Below are positions 36,427 through 46,532 of a DNA stretch of 53,411 nucleotides, piece by piece. Within the stretch, counting starts at the first letter, position 1, and each line of letters starts with the position of its first letter. Below the pieces are notes generated by a model. The model was not told the origin of the DNA. It saw only the letters and a list, made by a program, of their open reading frames with translations, and made no database searches. This DNA is from Pseudomonadota bacterium (GTDB taxonomy: Bacteria > Pseudomonadota > Gammaproteobacteria > Ga0077536): NCBI GenBank assembly GCA_039030125.1, contig JBCCEV010000002.1, positions 1 through 53,411 on the forward strand, given 5' to 3'. Made by a program: the position numbers and the translations under genes.

Positions 36427-38606
36427 CGCGCCGCCGCCTCTTGTGAGGCCCGATAGGCTCTTATCGCCGGCACCAAACTGATAGCAAGGAAGGCAAGAGC
36501 AACCACAATGGGCCACAGGACGGGTTTGCTCCATTGCGCCTGTTTCTGGGTTCGCAGCTCGGGGTCGATGGTTTTGTACTTCAGCGTGTTGCGCGCCATG
36601 AGATTCGGCTTCGAGTTGCCATACCAGTTGTGGTAGAGACTGTAGCCGGTGGGATGCAGTCCCCAGGCCCACGGACTCTCCCGGCGCAGAATTTCCACCA
36701 TCTCGTCGATAACTTGCTGACGCTCGGCGCCGTTGGTCATGGATTTCATTTCAACAAAAAGCTCATCGAAGCGGGCGTTACGGAAGTTAACGGCGTTTTC
36801 GCCTTGCGAATCGATTTTCGCGTTGGGCCCATAGAGCAGGAACATGAAGTTCTCGGGATCGGGGTAGTCCGCGTTCCATCCCCAGATGAACATTTGGCCG
36901 GTGCCCTTGCGGATCTTCTCTTGAAAGCGGTTGTAATCGGTCGCCCGCACGACCAGCTCAATACCCAGCTTGTCGAACTGCTTGCGAAACCAGTTGAACG
37001 TCGCTTTGCTGCCCGCGCCGGAGGACACGGCTTCGAAATAAAGCACGAGCGGCTCACCGGTCGCCGCATTGCGCCCGTCGGGGTAGCCGGCTTCACGCAT
37101 CAACGCTCTGGCGTTTTCGATGGATTTTCGTTGTGGTGCCCCGTCCACCCAATCGTAGACGTAATGATTAATCCCAGCCTCGCCGTGCTGATGGCCGAAA
37201 ATTCCAGGCGGTAAAGGTCCCTGAGATGCGATGCCACGGCCATTTTGAAAGATAGAAATAAACTCTTCATAGTCGACCGCGATTGAGATTGCGCGTCTCA
37301 ATAGGCGTGCCGCTTGAGCATCGCCGCCGACGACCTCGTCCGCCATGTTGAAACCCATATAGAGGATTGAGGTCTTAACCGCGGTGGCGAGCTGAATGTC
37401 CTGCGCGACCATTTCGTCGGTAAGTTGAGCGTCACCTTCAAGTGAAAACTGGACAGCCTGATCAAAACTGTCGGAGACGATCCCGGAGGCATCGAAATAA
37501 CCCTGCAAAAATTTCTGCCACGCCGGAATAGCCTCTTTCTCCAAGCTGTAATAAGCACTATCGATAAACGGCATCGTTTTGCCCGCATCTTCAAGGAGCC
37601 CCCCCTCGCGATCGCCAGCCTCGCCCTGGGTGGGATAGGACTCCCCCCTGAAATTTGGATTGCGCTCCAAAATCATTCGGCGGTTTGGGTTGTTCTCGGT
37701 CAGCATGAATGGGCCGGTGCCAACCGGATACCAATCGAGCGTGATGTTGCGTTCTTTCATTCCAGGTTGGCTGTAGAAATAGTCTGCTTCCCAGGGAACT
37801 GGGGCAAAAAACGGCATGGCGAGCCAATATCGAAACTGCGGATACTTTTCGGTGATCGTGATCTCTAGGGTGTAGTCGTCGATGATCCGTGCCCCGGGGA
37901 AATCAAGCGTTCGCAGATCGAGCCACGCATCCTCAGATGATTCCTGGTCCAGTGTCCGCAGACGCTCACCTAATTCTTTGAGGCCCAATATGTATTTGCT
38001 CATTAGCCCGGCAATCGGCGAGTGCAGCCTTGGGTGCATGAGACGTTTAATCTGATAAACGTAATCGGCCGCCTTCAACTCCCGCGTCCCGGTGTGTTGG
38101 AAGTCTGCTAGTACCGCCCTTGTTTCAAGATCGCTTACATCGAGGTCGTGATAATGAAATTGCCCGGCGTCGCTTGTCGCAAAAGCCGGATGCGGTTGAA
38201 AAAGTATCCCCTTGCCAATCGTAATTCGGTAGACCGAGCGCGCAACATCCTGGGCATCGGCATCGTTCGCCAACGCCCTGCCCTCGGCATCGTAGAACAC
38301 CGGCTCGGGAACCTTGGACGCGGTTAAGGGGATGAGTTCGTAAGGGCGCTTCAGATAATGATATTGGACAAGCGGCTCGTAAACTTGCGCCGTGAATCTT
38401 GCCTCGTTCTCGCTGTAAGATGAAACGGGGTCAAGATGTTTAGGCCGCTCGGTAAACGAGCTATAGAGAATTTTCTTAGTGCTATCCGCGCTGGGGTAAG
38501 GGTTGTTCCAACCACTATCGCTGCAGGCGCCAAGCACGATAAGAAGGCTTAAGAGGCTTAAGCGCACGCGAGCTTTATCAACAGGGGTGCGCTGTTTGTA
38601 CATCAC
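36423..38606 (-). CDS. family-5 (peptide/nickel type) ABC substrate-binding lipoprotein, YejA-like, with C-terminal hydrophobic helix
   Basis: 727 aa. Lipobox LIVLGAC. The body resembles SBP_bac_5 ([26 protein letters not shown]). The last about 40 aa contain [20 protein letters not shown]. Confidence 0.75.
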   Translation of the reverse strand: MMYKQRTPVDKARVRLSLLSLLIVLGACSDSGWNNPYPSADSTKKILYSSFTERPKHLDPVSSYSENEARFTAQVYEPLVQYHYLKRPYELIPLTASKVPEPVFYDAEGRALANDADAQDVARSVYRITIGKGILFQPHPAFATSDAGQFHYHDLDVSDLETRAVLADFQHTGTRELKAADYVYQIKRLMHPRLHSPIAGLMSKYILGLKELGERLRTLDQESSEDAWLDLRTLDFPGARIIDDYTLEITITEKYPQFRYWLAMPFFAPVPWEADYFYSQPGMKERNITLDWYPVGTGPFMLTENNPNRRMILERNPNFRGESYPTQGEAGDREGGLLEDAGKTMPFIDSAYYSLEKEAIPAWQKFLQGYFDASGIVSDSFDQAVQFSLEGDAQLTDEMVAQDIQLATAVKTSILYMGFNMADEVVGGDAQAARLLRRAISIAVDYEEFISIFQNGRGIASQGPLPPGIFGHQHGEAGINHYVYDWVDGAPQRKSIENARALMREAGYPDGRNAATGEPLVLYFEAVSSGAGSKATFNWFRKQFDKLGIELVVRATDYNRFQEKIRKGTGQMFIWGWNADYPDPENFMFLLYGPNAKIDSQGENAVNFRNARFDELFVEMKSMTNGAERQQVIDEMVEILRRESPWAWGLHPTGYSLYHNWYGNSKPNLMARNTLKYKTIDPELRTQKQAQWSKPVLWPIVVALAFLAISLVPAIRAYRASQEAAAR

Positions 38607-38682
38607 TCGGGATTATAAACCCGACCCAGACGCTGTACACTCTGAAACCGATTTCAATACCGCTACCGAGGAAGAAACCACC

Positions 38683-39465
38683 ATGGGTATTCTCGCTGGG
38701 AAACGTGCCCTGATTGTTGGTGTGGCAAGCAACAAGTCGATTGCTTGGGGTGTCGCACAAGCCATGAGTCGGGAGGGTGCGGAACTCGCGTTTACCTATC
38801 AAAATGAGCGCTTGAGATCTCGCGTCGAGGACTTTGCCGCGGAGTGCGGCTCTGAAATCACAGTCCCTTGCGATGTGTCCAGCGACGAAGAAATTCAAAA
38901 TGTTTTTGAACACCTAGATAACTATTGGGATCATCTCGACATCCTGATCCACTCGGTCGCCTATGCGAACCGGGAAGAACTTCAGGGCGAATACATCGAC
39001 AACGTTAGCCGCGATGGGTTCCGCATCGCGCACGAAATTAGCTCCTATAGTTTCGCGGCCCTGGGCAGCGCCGCTCGCCCATTGATGCAAGGTCGCTCAG
39101 GCGCACTACTGACGCTCAGTTATCTCGGAGCGGTTCGCACCATGCCAAGCTATAACGTTATGGGCCTCGCTAAAGCGAGCCTGGAGGCGAACGTTCGCTA
39201 CATGGCCGGCAGCCTCGGCCCGGAGGGAATACGCGTTAATGCAATTTCGGCCGGCCCGATCCGCACCCTTGCGGCGTCTGGGGTGAAGGATCTGAGAAAG
39301 TTTCTGAACTACGTCGAAGGAGCAGCGCCGTTGCGTCGGAATGTCACCATCGAAGAAGTCGGCAACGTTGCGGCGTTCCTATGCTCCGACATGGCGTCCG
39401 CAGTGACCGGCGAAATCACCTATGTCGATTGTGGTTTCAATATTATGGGCATGGCCGACGTCTAA
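38683..39465 (+). CDS. fabI: enoyl-[acyl-carrier-protein] reductase (NADH) FabI
   Basis: The ATG at 38683 has gaggaag upstream. [36 protein letters not shown] (Y-x6-K) and [13 protein letters not shown]. Confidence 0.9.
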   Translation: MGILAGKRALIVGVASNKSIAWGVAQAMSREGAELAFTYQNERLRSRVEDFAAECGSEITVPCDVSSDEEIQNVFEHLDNYWDHLDILIHSVAYANREELQGEYIDNVSRDGFRIAHEISSYSFAALGSAARPLMQGRSGALLTLSYLGAVRTMPSYNVMGLAKASLEANVRYMAGSLGPEGIRVNAISAGPIRTLAASGVKDLRKFLNYVEGAAPLRRNVTIEEVGNVAAFLCSDMASAVTGEITYVDCGFNIMGMADV

Positions 39466-39486
39466 GCCGGGTAACCGCGGCACCAT

Positions 39487-41388
39487 CTACAACCGAGACG
39501 GAAATTCTTCCACAGCCGCGCTGTCACGAGCGGCCGCTACAAACTCAATCCAAGCGTTCGGAAAGCGCAAACGTTGCAGCATCCGTTTGAGTTCGTCGAT
39601 CTCAGCCTGGATGATGGCGATTTCATCGGGTTCGCGAACGTTGCCGACTTGCACAACCGCGTAGTCGCCGGTACCTAAGCTCAATCCGAGATACTCATAA
39701 CCATCGGTTCGTGGCGGAGCGGCAAAGGCCTTGCGCAGCACCGCCCGATTCACGTCAGTCGATTCGCGGCTCGCGCCCTCGACGAACTTCCAGTCCAGAT
39801 CTTGCTCGCTAACTAAAGCTTCCACCGCCGTACCTTCTAACAATCGATCGATCAGTGCCTGCCCCTGCTCAGCCGCGCGTTGTTCGCGAAGTTCAGCTCG
39901 CAGGCGCGAAGAAATTTCATCTGCAATCTCACTGGGCTGCGGAATGCGTGACGGTTGGTGTTCTACCACCCGTACGGCCACCAATTCACTGGTGCTGATC
40001 TCAATGGGCTCACTGTTCAAGCGCTCAATAAGAACCTCTGCGCTGAAAGCGACCGCGCCGACCTTCTCAGAGAACTGCTCCGATATTTGTTTTTCGGTCA
40101 ACGCCAGGGTGGTTTGCGCCTCAAGCCCCAAGGTTTCGGCGGCGCTTTGCAGCGAATCGGGAAACTCGTAAACCAACTCCGCAAAACGTTCCGCCCATTC
40201 GTAGTACAGGTCGTCTGCCAATGACCGTTTCAGCGCGTTTTCGACTTCCGTTTTAACGTCCTCGAAAGGTTTGATGCTGCCATCCTTAATGCCGCGCAAT
40301 TTCAGTAGATGGAACCCAAATTCGGTGCGCACAACCTCGCTAACTTGTTCGTCGCTGAGCTCGAACGCGGCCTGTTCGAATTCGGGCGCCATGACGCCGC
40401 GGGGGAAATAACCCGTCTCACCGCCATCGGCCTTGGTCCCAACGTCTTCTGAAAGTTCGCTCGCGAGCGCTTCGAAGTCTTCTCCCTCGAGAGCGCGGGC
40501 GCGAATAGTTCCAATTTCGACCAGTTTCGCAAGCACCTCGTCTTCGCTCGCATCTTGCTCAACGCGCACCAGAATGTGATTGACGTTGCGCTCTTCAGGT
40601 ATGTTGTAGGCGGCCTTGTTCTCGTCGTACCAGGCTTGGATTTGTTGCTCGTCGACTTCGACAGAAGCAATCAAATTATCAACGCTGAGCTCAAGATACT
40701 CGAGCTCAGCTTTCTCCTGGATCCGGAATTCCTCGCGGTGATCCTCGTAGTAGGCATCAATCTCCTCAGCGCTCGGGATCACATCGTCGATCGCAGTGGC
40801 GGGGATCACAGCGTAGCCAATATCTCGCGTTTGCAGTCGCAACTGCTGCAGCGCGATTGCTTCGGAACGTGTAATGAACTCACTGGCCGCAGTGCCGTTA
40901 CGGAGCTGGCTCATGGCCAAGTCTCCGCGCACGCGTTCTTCTAAGCCAATCTCGGAGGTGCCACTGATCCGCAGGTAGCGGTCGTAGAGCTCGCGCGAGA
41001 ATCGTCCGTCTTGCTGAAAGCCCGCTTCGGAGGTGATGGCCTGCGCGACCTGGTCATCGCTGATAACAATCAATGAATCGTCGACGAATCTCTTTAGGAC
41101 TTGCTCATTGACGACCTGATCGAGCGCTTCTTCTTTCGCTTGTTGAGTCGTCCAATCACGATCATTGAAGGCCTCTCCAAGTGCAGCCCGTAATTGATCG
41201 CGATAACGCCGGAACGCATCTTGATATTGTTCTAACTCAATGTCGTCGCCATTAACGGTGGCGACAACCACGCGCTGAGAGTCGGTGACGAACTCCTGAA
41301 CCCCAAACAGCGCAAAGGTGACACAAATCAGAAAGACGATAACGCCGACAATAATGCCTTGCGAACGGTCGCGGATGGTTTGAAGCAC
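39487..41388 (-). CDS. ppiD: periplasmic chaperone/peptidyl-prolyl isomerase PpiD
   Basis: 633 aa, GTG start, N-terminal TM anchor IIVGVIVFLICVTFALFG, and a central parvulin-like segment (HILVR...FGFHLLKL). Its position after hupB matches the conserved gammaproteobacterial order. Confidence 0.8.
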   Translation of the reverse strand: MLQTIRDRSQGIIVGVIVFLICVTFALFGVQEFVTDSQRVVVATVNGDDIELEQYQDAFRRYRDQLRAALGEAFNDRDWTTQQAKEEALDQVVNEQVLKRFVDDSLIVISDDQVAQAITSEAGFQQDGRFSRELYDRYLRISGTSEIGLEERVRGDLAMSQLRNGTAASEFITRSEAIALQQLRLQTRDIGYAVIPATAIDDVIPSAEEIDAYYEDHREEFRIQEKAELEYLELSVDNLIASVEVDEQQIQAWYDENKAAYNIPEERNVNHILVRVEQDASEDEVLAKLVEIGTIRARALEGEDFEALASELSEDVGTKADGGETGYFPRGVMAPEFEQAAFELSDEQVSEVVRTEFGFHLLKLRGIKDGSIKPFEDVKTEVENALKRSLADDLYYEWAERFAELVYEFPDSLQSAAETLGLEAQTTLALTEKQISEQFSEKVGAVAFSAEVLIERLNSEPIEISTSELVAVRVVEHQPSRIPQPSEIADEISSRLRAELREQRAAEQGQALIDRLLEGTAVEALVSEQDLDWKFVEGASRESTDVNRAVLRKAFAAPPRTDGYEYLGLSLGTGDYAVVQVGNVREPDEIAIIQAEIDELKRMLQRLRFPNAWIEFVAAARDSAAVEEFPSRL

Positions 41389-41473
41389 CTAATGCACCTC
41401 GTTTAAATTCCGCCGAAGTTCACGGCCGAACATTCAGCGCATTAATGATTTTAGAAATGGCGTTTGTTTGAAA

Positions 41474-41550
41474 TGGCGGAGTGGACGGGACTCGAACCCG
41501 CGACCCCCGGCGTGACAGGCCGGTATTCTAACCAACTGAACTACCACTCC
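41474..41550 (-). tRNA. tRNA-Asp (GTC)
   Basis: The reverse complement GGAGTGGTAGTTCAGTTGGTTAGAATACCGGCCTGTCACGCCGGGGGTCGCGGGTTCGAGTCCCGTCCACTCCGCCA folds as a cloverleaf with anticodon loop CTGTCAC. It is near-identical to E. coli tRNA-Asp. CCA is encoded. Confidence 0.95.
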
Positions 41551-41562
41551 GGTGGTTGCCTC

Positions 41563-41638
41563 TGGTGGGTGCTGAGGGGATCGAACCCCCGACCTTCGCC
41601 TTGTAAGGGCGACGCTCTCCCAGCTGAGCTAAGCACCC
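41563..41638 (-). tRNA. tRNA-Val (TAC)
   Basis: The reverse complement GGGTGCTTAGCTCAGCTGGGAGAGCGTCGCCCTTACAAGGCGAAGGTCGGGGGTTCGATCCCCTCAGCACCCACCA has anticodon loop CTTACAA. CCA is encoded. Confidence 0.95.
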
Positions 41639-41676
41639 AGTCAATAAAGATTGACAGTATGCCCCTGGGCGGCGCG

Positions 41677-41949
41677 CTAGTTTAAGGCATCCTTTAGGGC
41701 TTTGCCAGGTTTGAAACCAGGCGACTTGGAAGCCGCGATTTGGATCGTTTCGCCGGTGCGCGGGTTACGACCTGAGCGCGCAGCGCGCTCGCGAACATTG
41801 AAAGTACCGAACCCCACAAGGGTCACTTGGTCGCCGCGTTTTAACGCGGACGTGATGTTGTCCAGTACTGCATCGACGGCACTGGTTGCGCCTGCTTTGG
41901 AAAGATCCGCAGCTTCGGCAACGGCTTCGATGAGTTCAGCTTTGTTCAT
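41677..41949 (-). CDS. hupB: DNA-binding protein HU-beta
   Basis: 90 aa. [12 protein letters not shown]...[45 protein letters not shown] is canonical HU. Confidence 0.9.
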   Translation of the reverse strand: MNKAELIEAVAEAADLSKAGATSAVDAVLDNITSALKRGDQVTLVGFGTFNVRERAARSGRNPRTGETIQIAASKSPGFKPGKALKDALN

Positions 41950-42071
41950 GAGAGTCCCCTTTCTTTCAGTCCCGCGTCTTCCTATGCGCGGGACGCCGGT
42001 TTTTCATTATCGGTGTGGCCGCAATACGACGGGTTATCTATACCAACGGCCCTGAGCACCGTCAAGGAACT

Positions 42072-42087
42072 CCGCGGCAAACCGCGG
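42072..42087 (-). terminator. GC hairpin after lon
   Basis: Minus strand ccgcgg-tttg-ccgcgg, 11 nt after the lon stop. The downstream T-tract is weak (agttcctt). Confidence 0.35.
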
Positions 42088-42098
42088 CTTGGGCACCG

Positions 42099-44507
42099 TT
42101 AGTGGCGCCGCAGCACATCCTGATCATCGTCCGGATCCCCCCCTTCGGGGGCCAGCTCGGGGTTTTCGTCGTCTTCAAGGGCGAGCGGCTCGGGGACTCG
42201 CTGCAGCGCGATTTCGAAGACCTCATCAATCCAACGGACCGCTTTAATTTCGAGGCCTTGCTTGATGTTGTTAGGGATCTCTTTAAGCTCGCGCTCGTTT
42301 TCAACCGGTATCAAAACCTGTTTGATCCCGCCTCTCAATGCCGCCAGCAATTTCTCTTTCAGACCCCCGATGGGCAAAACCTCGCCACGCAGCGTGATCT
42401 CGCCGGTCATCGCAACGTCGGCGCGCGCCGGGATCTCGGTCAATGCCGAAACCAGAGCGGTACACATGCCAACACCCGCGCTGGGGCCATCTTTCGGCGT
42501 GGCGCCTTCGGGGACGTGAAAATGAACATCGTTCTTTTGATAGAAACTCGGCTTAATGCCCAAAGCGCGGGCGCGTGATCGCACAACCGTCATCGCCGCC
42601 TTAATCGACTCCTGCATCACATCGCCAAGTTGCCCGGTGTAGATTTCTTTGCCCTTGCCCGGAACGACGACCGCCTCGATGGTGAGAAGATCGCCGCCCA
42701 CCTCGGTCCATGCGAGTCCGGTAACCTGCCCCACCCGATCTTCGGCCTCGGCAAGTCCGTAGCGAAAACGTTTAACGCCAAGAAATTTTTCCAGCGTCTT
42801 GGGGGTCACCTTGATCTTTTTCTCGGTCGGCTTTTGCAGGATCTGACGCACCACCTTGCGACACACCGTGGCGATTTCTCTTTCCAAGGATCGCACGCCC
42901 GCTTCGCGCGTGTAATAGCGCACCAGGTCACGAACCGTTGGTTCGCCGATCCCAATTTCCTCTTCCTTAAGGCCCGAGTTTTCCATTTGCTTGGGAATTA
43001 AATAATTCTTCGCAATATTGAGCTTCTCGTCTTCGGTGTAACCCGGGATCCGGATCACTTCCATACGGTCGAGCAACGGCGGCGGAATGTTCATGCTGTT
43101 CGCCGTCGTTACAAACATCACTTCCGACAAGTCATAGTCGACTTCCAGGTAGTGATCATTGAAAGAATGATTCTGCTCAGGGTCGAGCACCTCCAACAAT
43201 GCCGACGCCGGATCGCCGCGAAAATCCATCGCCATTTTGTCGACCTCGTCGAGCAAAAATAGCGGGTTCTTCACTTCGACCTTACTCATGTTCTGCAAGA
43301 TCTTACCTGGCATGGCGCCGACATAGGTCCGCCGATGGCCCCGGATCTCTGCTTCGTCTCGAACGCCGCCTAGCGACATCCGCACGAACTGGCGATTAGT
43401 CGCGCGCGCGATAGAACGGCCGAGTGAGGTTTTGCCGACACCAGGCGGGCCCACTAAACACAAGATGGGGCCCTTCATTTTCTTCACGCGATGTTGGACC
43501 GCGAGGTATTCGACAATACGCTCTTTAACTTTTTCGAGGCCGTAATGATCCTCGTCGAGTATCTGTTCCGCTTTCACCAGATCCTTGCTAATCCGCGAGC
43601 GCTTCTTCCAAGGAACTTGGATCATCCAGTCGATGTAGTTGCGAACCACCGTCGCTTCGGCGGACATGGGCGACATCATGCGTAACTTCTTAAGTTCGGC
43701 ATCGGCCTTGGCCCGGGTTTCCTTGGGCATTCCCGACTTATCGATTTTGCCCGCTAGCTCCTCGAACTCATTGACGCCATCTTCCATTTCGCCGAGTTCG
43801 TTCTGAATGGCTTTCATTTGCTCATTCAGGTAGTACTCGCGCTGGCTTTTCTCCATTTGTTTCTTGACGCGACCGCGAAGGCGCTTTTCGACCTGCAGCA
43901 GATCAATCTCGCCCTCCATGAGACTGATCAGATGCTCGATGCGAGCGCGCAGCGAGGGCATCTCCAAAACGGCTTGCTTTTCTTCGATCTTGATGGCCAT
44001 GTGCGCGGCGATGGTGTCGGCCAGGCGCGACGCTTCGTCGATGCTCGCCAAGGAAGACATGATCTCCGGCGGCACCTTCTTATTCAGTTTGACGTAACGA
44101 TCAAATTGGCTCATCAAAGAACGGGTTAGCACATCAGACTCAGGACCGAGATCATCGTCCGCCGGCAGCAACTCGACCTCGGCGCTGAAAATTTCAGTCG
44201 TGTCGACGAAGTCTTGAATCTCCGCGCGCTGAACACCCTCGACCAGGACCTTGATGGTGCCATCGGGGAGTTTTAGTAGCTGCAAAATATTCGAAACCGT
44301 CCCCACGCGGTAAATGTCATCGACACCGGGATCGTCATCGGCGGCAGCTTTCTGTGCCACCAGCAAGATCTGCTTGGCGTCCTCCATGGCGACTTCGAGC
44401 GCTTTGATGGACTTCGCCCTGCCTACAAATAATGGAATCACCATGTGTGGATAAACCACGACATCGCGCAGCGGTAGAACCGCAAATTTTTCGACCTGAT
44501 TAGTCAT
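42099..44507 (-). CDS. lon: ATP-dependent protease Lon
   Basis: 802 aa. Walker A GPPGVGKTS and catalytic PKDGPSAG. The N-terminal LPLRDVVVYPHMVIPLFVGR is the Lon signature. Confidence 0.95.
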   Translation of the reverse strand: MTNQVEKFAVLPLRDVVVYPHMVIPLFVGRAKSIKALEVAMEDAKQILLVAQKAAADDDPGVDDIYRVGTVSNILQLLKLPDGTIKVLVEGVQRAEIQDFVDTTEIFSAEVELLPADDDLGPESDVLTRSLMSQFDRYVKLNKKVPPEIMSSLASIDEASRLADTIAAHMAIKIEEKQAVLEMPSLRARIEHLISLMEGEIDLLQVEKRLRGRVKKQMEKSQREYYLNEQMKAIQNELGEMEDGVNEFEELAGKIDKSGMPKETRAKADAELKKLRMMSPMSAEATVVRNYIDWMIQVPWKKRSRISKDLVKAEQILDEDHYGLEKVKERIVEYLAVQHRVKKMKGPILCLVGPPGVGKTSLGRSIARATNRQFVRMSLGGVRDEAEIRGHRRTYVGAMPGKILQNMSKVEVKNPLFLLDEVDKMAMDFRGDPASALLEVLDPEQNHSFNDHYLEVDYDLSEVMFVTTANSMNIPPPLLDRMEVIRIPGYTEDEKLNIAKNYLIPKQMENSGLKEEEIGIGEPTVRDLVRYYTREAGVRSLEREIATVCRKVVRQILQKPTEKKIKVTPKTLEKFLGVKRFRYGLAEAEDRVGQVTGLAWTEVGGDLLTIEAVVVPGKGKEIYTGQLGDVMQESIKAAMTVVRSRARALGIKPSFYQKNDVHFHVPEGATPKDGPSAGVGMCTALVSALTEIPARADVAMTGEITLRGEVLPIGGLKEKLLAALRGGIKQVLIPVENERELKEIPNNIKQGLEIKAVRWIDEVFEIALQRVPEPLALEDDENPELAPEGGDPDDDQDVLRRH

Positions 44508-44565
44508 TCATTTCACCGCAAAGAAGAAGTTGGGATACCGCGAACGTCGTCGGCGGTGGCGACGG

Positions 44566-44592
44566 GCAAAAACAGCCGGTTCGGATCCGGCT
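44566..44592 (-). terminator. rho-independent terminator after clpX
   Basis: Minus strand agccgg-atccgaa-ccggct followed by gtttttg. The hairpin overlaps the clpX TAG stop. Confidence 0.6.
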
Positions 44593-45868
44593 AATCTGAG
44601 GCTGCCTTGGGCATTTCCGAGGATTCATAGATAACCAAAGGATCGGATTCCCCTTTGATTGCACCTTCGTCGACCACAACTTTCGCCACGTTTTCCAGGG
44701 ACGGCAGTTCGTACATCGTGTCGAGCAGACTTTGTTCCATGATCGAACGCAATCCGCGGGCGCCAGTTTTGCGTTCAACCGCTTTGCGGGCCACAGCCCG
44801 GAGCGCGTCTTCACGAAATTCAAGCTCGCACTGTTCCATTTCGAACAGTTTTCCGTACTGTTTTGTTAAAGCGTTCTTGGGTTCGAGCAGTATTTGCACG
44901 AGCTGCGATTCGTCCAGCTCATCCAACACCGCCACAACCGGCAGGCGCCCCACGAACTCCGGGATCAGACCGTACTTGATGAGGTCCTCCGGCTCGACCG
45001 AATGGAGGAGTTCGCCGGACGTTTTCTTGTCTTCCTTGCTTTTGACTTCGGCGGAAAATCCGATCCCACCTTTCTCCGAGCGATCTCGGATGATCTTGTC
45101 GAGGCCCGCAAAAGCGCCGCCGCAGACAAACAGAATATTGGCTGTATCGACTTGCAAAAACTCTTGCTGCGGGTGTTTGCGACCACCCTGCGGAGGCACC
45201 GAGGCGACGGTCCCTTCGATGAGTTTCAACAGCGCTTGCTGAACCCCTTCGCCAGAAACGTCCCGCGTAATTGAGGGGTTGTCCGACTTGCGGGAGATCT
45301 TGTCGATCTCGTCGATATAAACGATACCCGTTTGCGCCTTCTCGACGTCGTAATCACACTTTTGCAGCAGCTTTTGAATGATATTTTCGACGTCTTCACC
45401 AACGTACCCCGCTTCTGTCAACGTGGTTGCATCAGCAATGGTGAAAGGCACGTTCAACAAGCGCGCCAAAGTTTCGGCAAGCAGCGTTTTGCCGCTGCCG
45501 GTGGGTCCAATTAAAAGGACATTACTTTTCGCCAACTCAACTTCGCTCTGTTTGACCCGCGTATCGAGGCGCTTGTAATGGTTGTAGACAGCAACGGACA
45601 GGATCTTCTTGGCTTGCTGTTGCCCTATGACATATTCATCGAGGATGTGCTTGATCTCGCCGGGGATGGGTAGCTTGCTACCGACCCCGCCGGAGGTTTT
45701 TTCTTGGATCTCTTCGCGGATGATGTCGTTGCATAGCTCAACGCATTCATCGCAAATGAATACGGATGGTCCGGCGATTAGCTTGCGGACTTCATGCTGA
45801 CTTTTGCCGCAAAACGAGCAATACAGCAATCGATCACCATCACCCTTCGAACCCTTGTTGTCACTCAT
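44591..45868 (-). CDS. clpX: ATP-dependent Clp protease ATP-binding subunit ClpX
   Basis: 425 aa. Zinc finger CSFCGK...CDEC, Walker A GPTGSGKT and IVYIDEIDK. Confidence 0.95.
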   Translation of the reverse strand: MSDNKGSKGDGDRLLYCSFCGKSQHEVRKLIAGPSVFICDECVELCNDIIREEIQEKTSGGVGSKLPIPGEIKHILDEYVIGQQQAKKILSVAVYNHYKRLDTRVKQSEVELAKSNVLLIGPTGSGKTLLAETLARLLNVPFTIADATTLTEAGYVGEDVENIIQKLLQKCDYDVEKAQTGIVYIDEIDKISRKSDNPSITRDVSGEGVQQALLKLIEGTVASVPPQGGRKHPQQEFLQVDTANILFVCGGAFAGLDKIIRDRSEKGGIGFSAEVKSKEDKKTSGELLHSVEPEDLIKYGLIPEFVGRLPVVAVLDELDESQLVQILLEPKNALTKQYGKLFEMEQCELEFREDALRAVARKAVERKTGARGLRSIMEQSLLDTMYELPSLENVAKVVVDEGAIKGESDPLVIYESSEMPKAASD

Positions 45869-45887
45869 CTATTCGTTTCCTCGCCGC

Positions 45888-46532
45888 CTACTCGGATTCC
45901 GGCTCTGAATTCTCGCGACTAGCTAACACCTGATCTACCAGACCGTAGGCCTGCGCTTCGGTTCCGCTCATGAAATTGTCTCGCTCGGTATCGGACTCGA
46001 TCGTTTCGAGCGGTTGACCCGTGTGCTCCGCTAAAATGTTGTTGAGTCTTTCACGCGCCTTGAGGATCTCTCTGGCGTGAATATCAATATCGGTCGCCTG
46101 ACCTTGGAACCCGCCCAGCGGTTGGTGGATCATTACCCGCGAGTGCGGCAAGCAAAACCGCTTGCCGTTTTTACCGCCCGCCAGCAGCAACGCGCCCATG
46201 CTGGCCGCTTGTCCTATACACATCGTGCTCACATCAGGTTTGATGAACTGCATCGTATCGTAGATGGCCAAGCCTGCCGATACCGATCCGCCTGGCGAAT
46301 TGATGTAGAAGTGGATGTCTTTGTCCGGATTCTCTGATTCCAGAAATAGCAGTTGCGCAACGACTAAATTCGCCACGTTATCTTCAACCGGCCCAACCAG
46401 AAAGATTACTCGCTCTTTCAAAAGCCGGGAGTAAATATCGTAGGCGCGCTCGCCGCGCGCCGATTGCTCGACCACCATTGGTACGAGGTTGAGCCCACGC
46501 GGTTCGGTGTAGCCCTGCATATTATTCGCCAT
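45888..46532 (-). CDS. clpP: ATP-dependent Clp protease proteolytic subunit ClpP
   Basis: [29 protein letters not shown], Ser GQAASMG and His MIHQPLGG. The start is ambiguous: ATG at 46544, 46532 or 46520. 46532 is chosen for the propeptide length and a GGGAG about 12 nt upstream. Confidence 0.85.
   Translation of the reverse strand: MANNMQGYTEPRGLNLVPMVVEQSARGERAYDIYSRLLKERVIFLVGPVEDNVANLVVAQLLFLESENPDKDIHFYINSPGGSVSAGLAIYDTMQFIKPDVSTMCIGQAASMGALLLAGGKNGKRFCLPHSRVMIHQPLGGFQGQATDIDIHAREILKARERLNNILAEHTGQPLETIESDTERDNFMSGTEAQAYGLVDQVLASRENSEPESE

Noticed and set aside
39466-39486. Terminator between convergent fabI and ppiD
   Set aside because: The 21-nt spacer (gccgggtaaccgcggcaccat) offers only a 4-bp imperfect stem, which is not enough to call.
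41464-41685. 73-aa ORF across the tRNA-Asp/Val genes, and an 88-aa ORF (47863-48129) across tRNA-Leu
   Set aside because: The sequence folds into canonical tRNAs on the opposite strand, so the ORFs are coincidental.
44508-44565. Heat-shock (sigma-32) promoter upstream of lon
   Set aside because: Only a weak CCCAACTT resemblance to the CCCCATNT -10 element was found, with no CTTGAA-like -35 at the right distance. This is not supportable by eye.
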